In this document: positions 63,632-64,000 of the stretch, piece by piece | Layout: each line of letters opens with the position of its first letter | Position numbering within the stretch: the first letter of the stretch is position 1 | Source of the DNA: Gemmatimonadota bacterium | Lineage (GTDB): Bacteria; Gemmatimonadota; Gemmatimonadetes; Gemmatimonadales; GWC2-71-9 | Reading direction: 5' to 3' | DNA: 64,000 bases | NCBI GenBank assembly: GCA_022562295.1 | Contig: JADFPO010000005.1 | Span: 9,753 to 73,752 of the forward strand | Notes under the pieces: model-generated | Told to the model about the DNA's origin: nothing | Database searches by the model: none | Seen by the model: only the letters and a program-made list of their open reading frames with translations | Program-made: the position numbers and the translations under genes

Positions 63632-64000
63632 TCAAGTGCCTGGAAGTGTTAGGGTTCGGTCGTCGTGCGTCCCGCTTGCTGGACGATGCCGTCGAGAGGT
63701 GATCGCCAGAGCTCCGCGCCGAGCCTGCTCAGTGTCGAGGGAAGCGACCTGGACCTGCCACGGTGCCGACCGCACCACCTGCGTTGCCTTCACAAGTCCT
63801 TGTTGGATCAGACGGCGAACGACCCATGGTCCAACACCCAATCGCTCGGCGGCTTGGTTCAGGGTCACAACGGAGCTGTCAGGTCTGGACGCGTCGTAAC
63901 CCACGAGCCTCAGTCGCTTGCGTAACGAATAGACTCGCGACTCCATCCATGTGTTGCCCGCCCCGGTCTTCAGACCGAGGCGGTTGAGGGTCGCCGCGAT
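63632..64000 (-). CDS. Recombinase-like mobile-element protein, C-terminal part (N-terminus outside window)
   Basis: The minus frame is open from the window edge: IAATLNRLGLKTGAGNTWMESRVYSLRKRL...VVTLNQAAERLGVGPWVVRRLIQQGLVKATQV. The LN..G..T..G..W motif resembles the Recombinase domain of large serine recombinases. An excisionase/MerR-like HTH follows. The family assignment is tentative. Confidence 0.35.
   Translation of the reverse strand: MAATLNRLGLKTGAGNTWMESRVYSLRKRLRLVGYDASRPDSSVVTLNQAAERLGVGPWVVRRLIQQGLVKATQVVRSAPWQVQVASLDTEQARRGALAITSRRHRPASGTHDDRTLTLPGT

Overview
High-GC bacterial chromosomal segment. From gene content alone it looks like a diderm, possibly Gemmatimonadota-like. It is almost entirely housekeeping and densely packed. 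I can support about 60 protein genes and 2 tRNAs. More than 90% are on the minus strand, and many are joined by 1-, 4- or 8-nt start/stop overlaps (TGATG, ATGA, GTGA). Gene blocks, listed left to right (transcription runs right to left):

- hpf-hprK, a complete mannose-family PTS (IIA, IIB, IIC, IID), then ptsH-ptsI
- a GT4 glycosyltransferase
- the riboflavin operon ribD-ribE-ribBA-ribH-nusB
- purM, a PfkB kinase, argS, an FmdB zinc ribbon, an acyl-CoA mutase catalytic subunit, fbp, comEC, miaB and mtaB
- an outer-membrane barrel plus lipoprotein pair
- alr-deoB-cdd followed by an orphan EutN/CcmL microcompartment vertex gene
- mazG, asnS, a low-GC phhB islet and two secreted Big_2/beta-propeller proteins
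- recG, ftsY and a VWA-like membrane protein
- a full dcw cluster (rsmH-ftsL-ftsI-murE-murF-mraY-murD-ftsW-murG-murC-ftsQ-ftsA-ftsZ) with an M23 peptidase coupled to ftsZ. It lacks mraZ, murB and ddl.
- tRNA-Asp and tRNA-Val separated by a TPR gene
- a cluster of TPR protein, MA-clan peptidase, PATAN(DUF4388)-TPR protein and a DnaA-like ATPase
- at the right edge, a compositionally different patch with a 3'-truncated IS91-family transposase abutting a partial recombinase-like gene

I see no CRISPR array, rRNA, or recognisable defence or toxin-antitoxin system. The most unusual items:

- the shell-less EutN gene inside a nucleoside-catabolism operon
- the stand-alone DnaA domain-III ATPase translationally coupled to a PATAN-TPR protein
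- two 7-nt tandem arrays that place stop codons in all three frames at convergent gene ends
- the IS91/recombinase junction

All functional calls rest on my reading of the translated ORFs. No database search was run.
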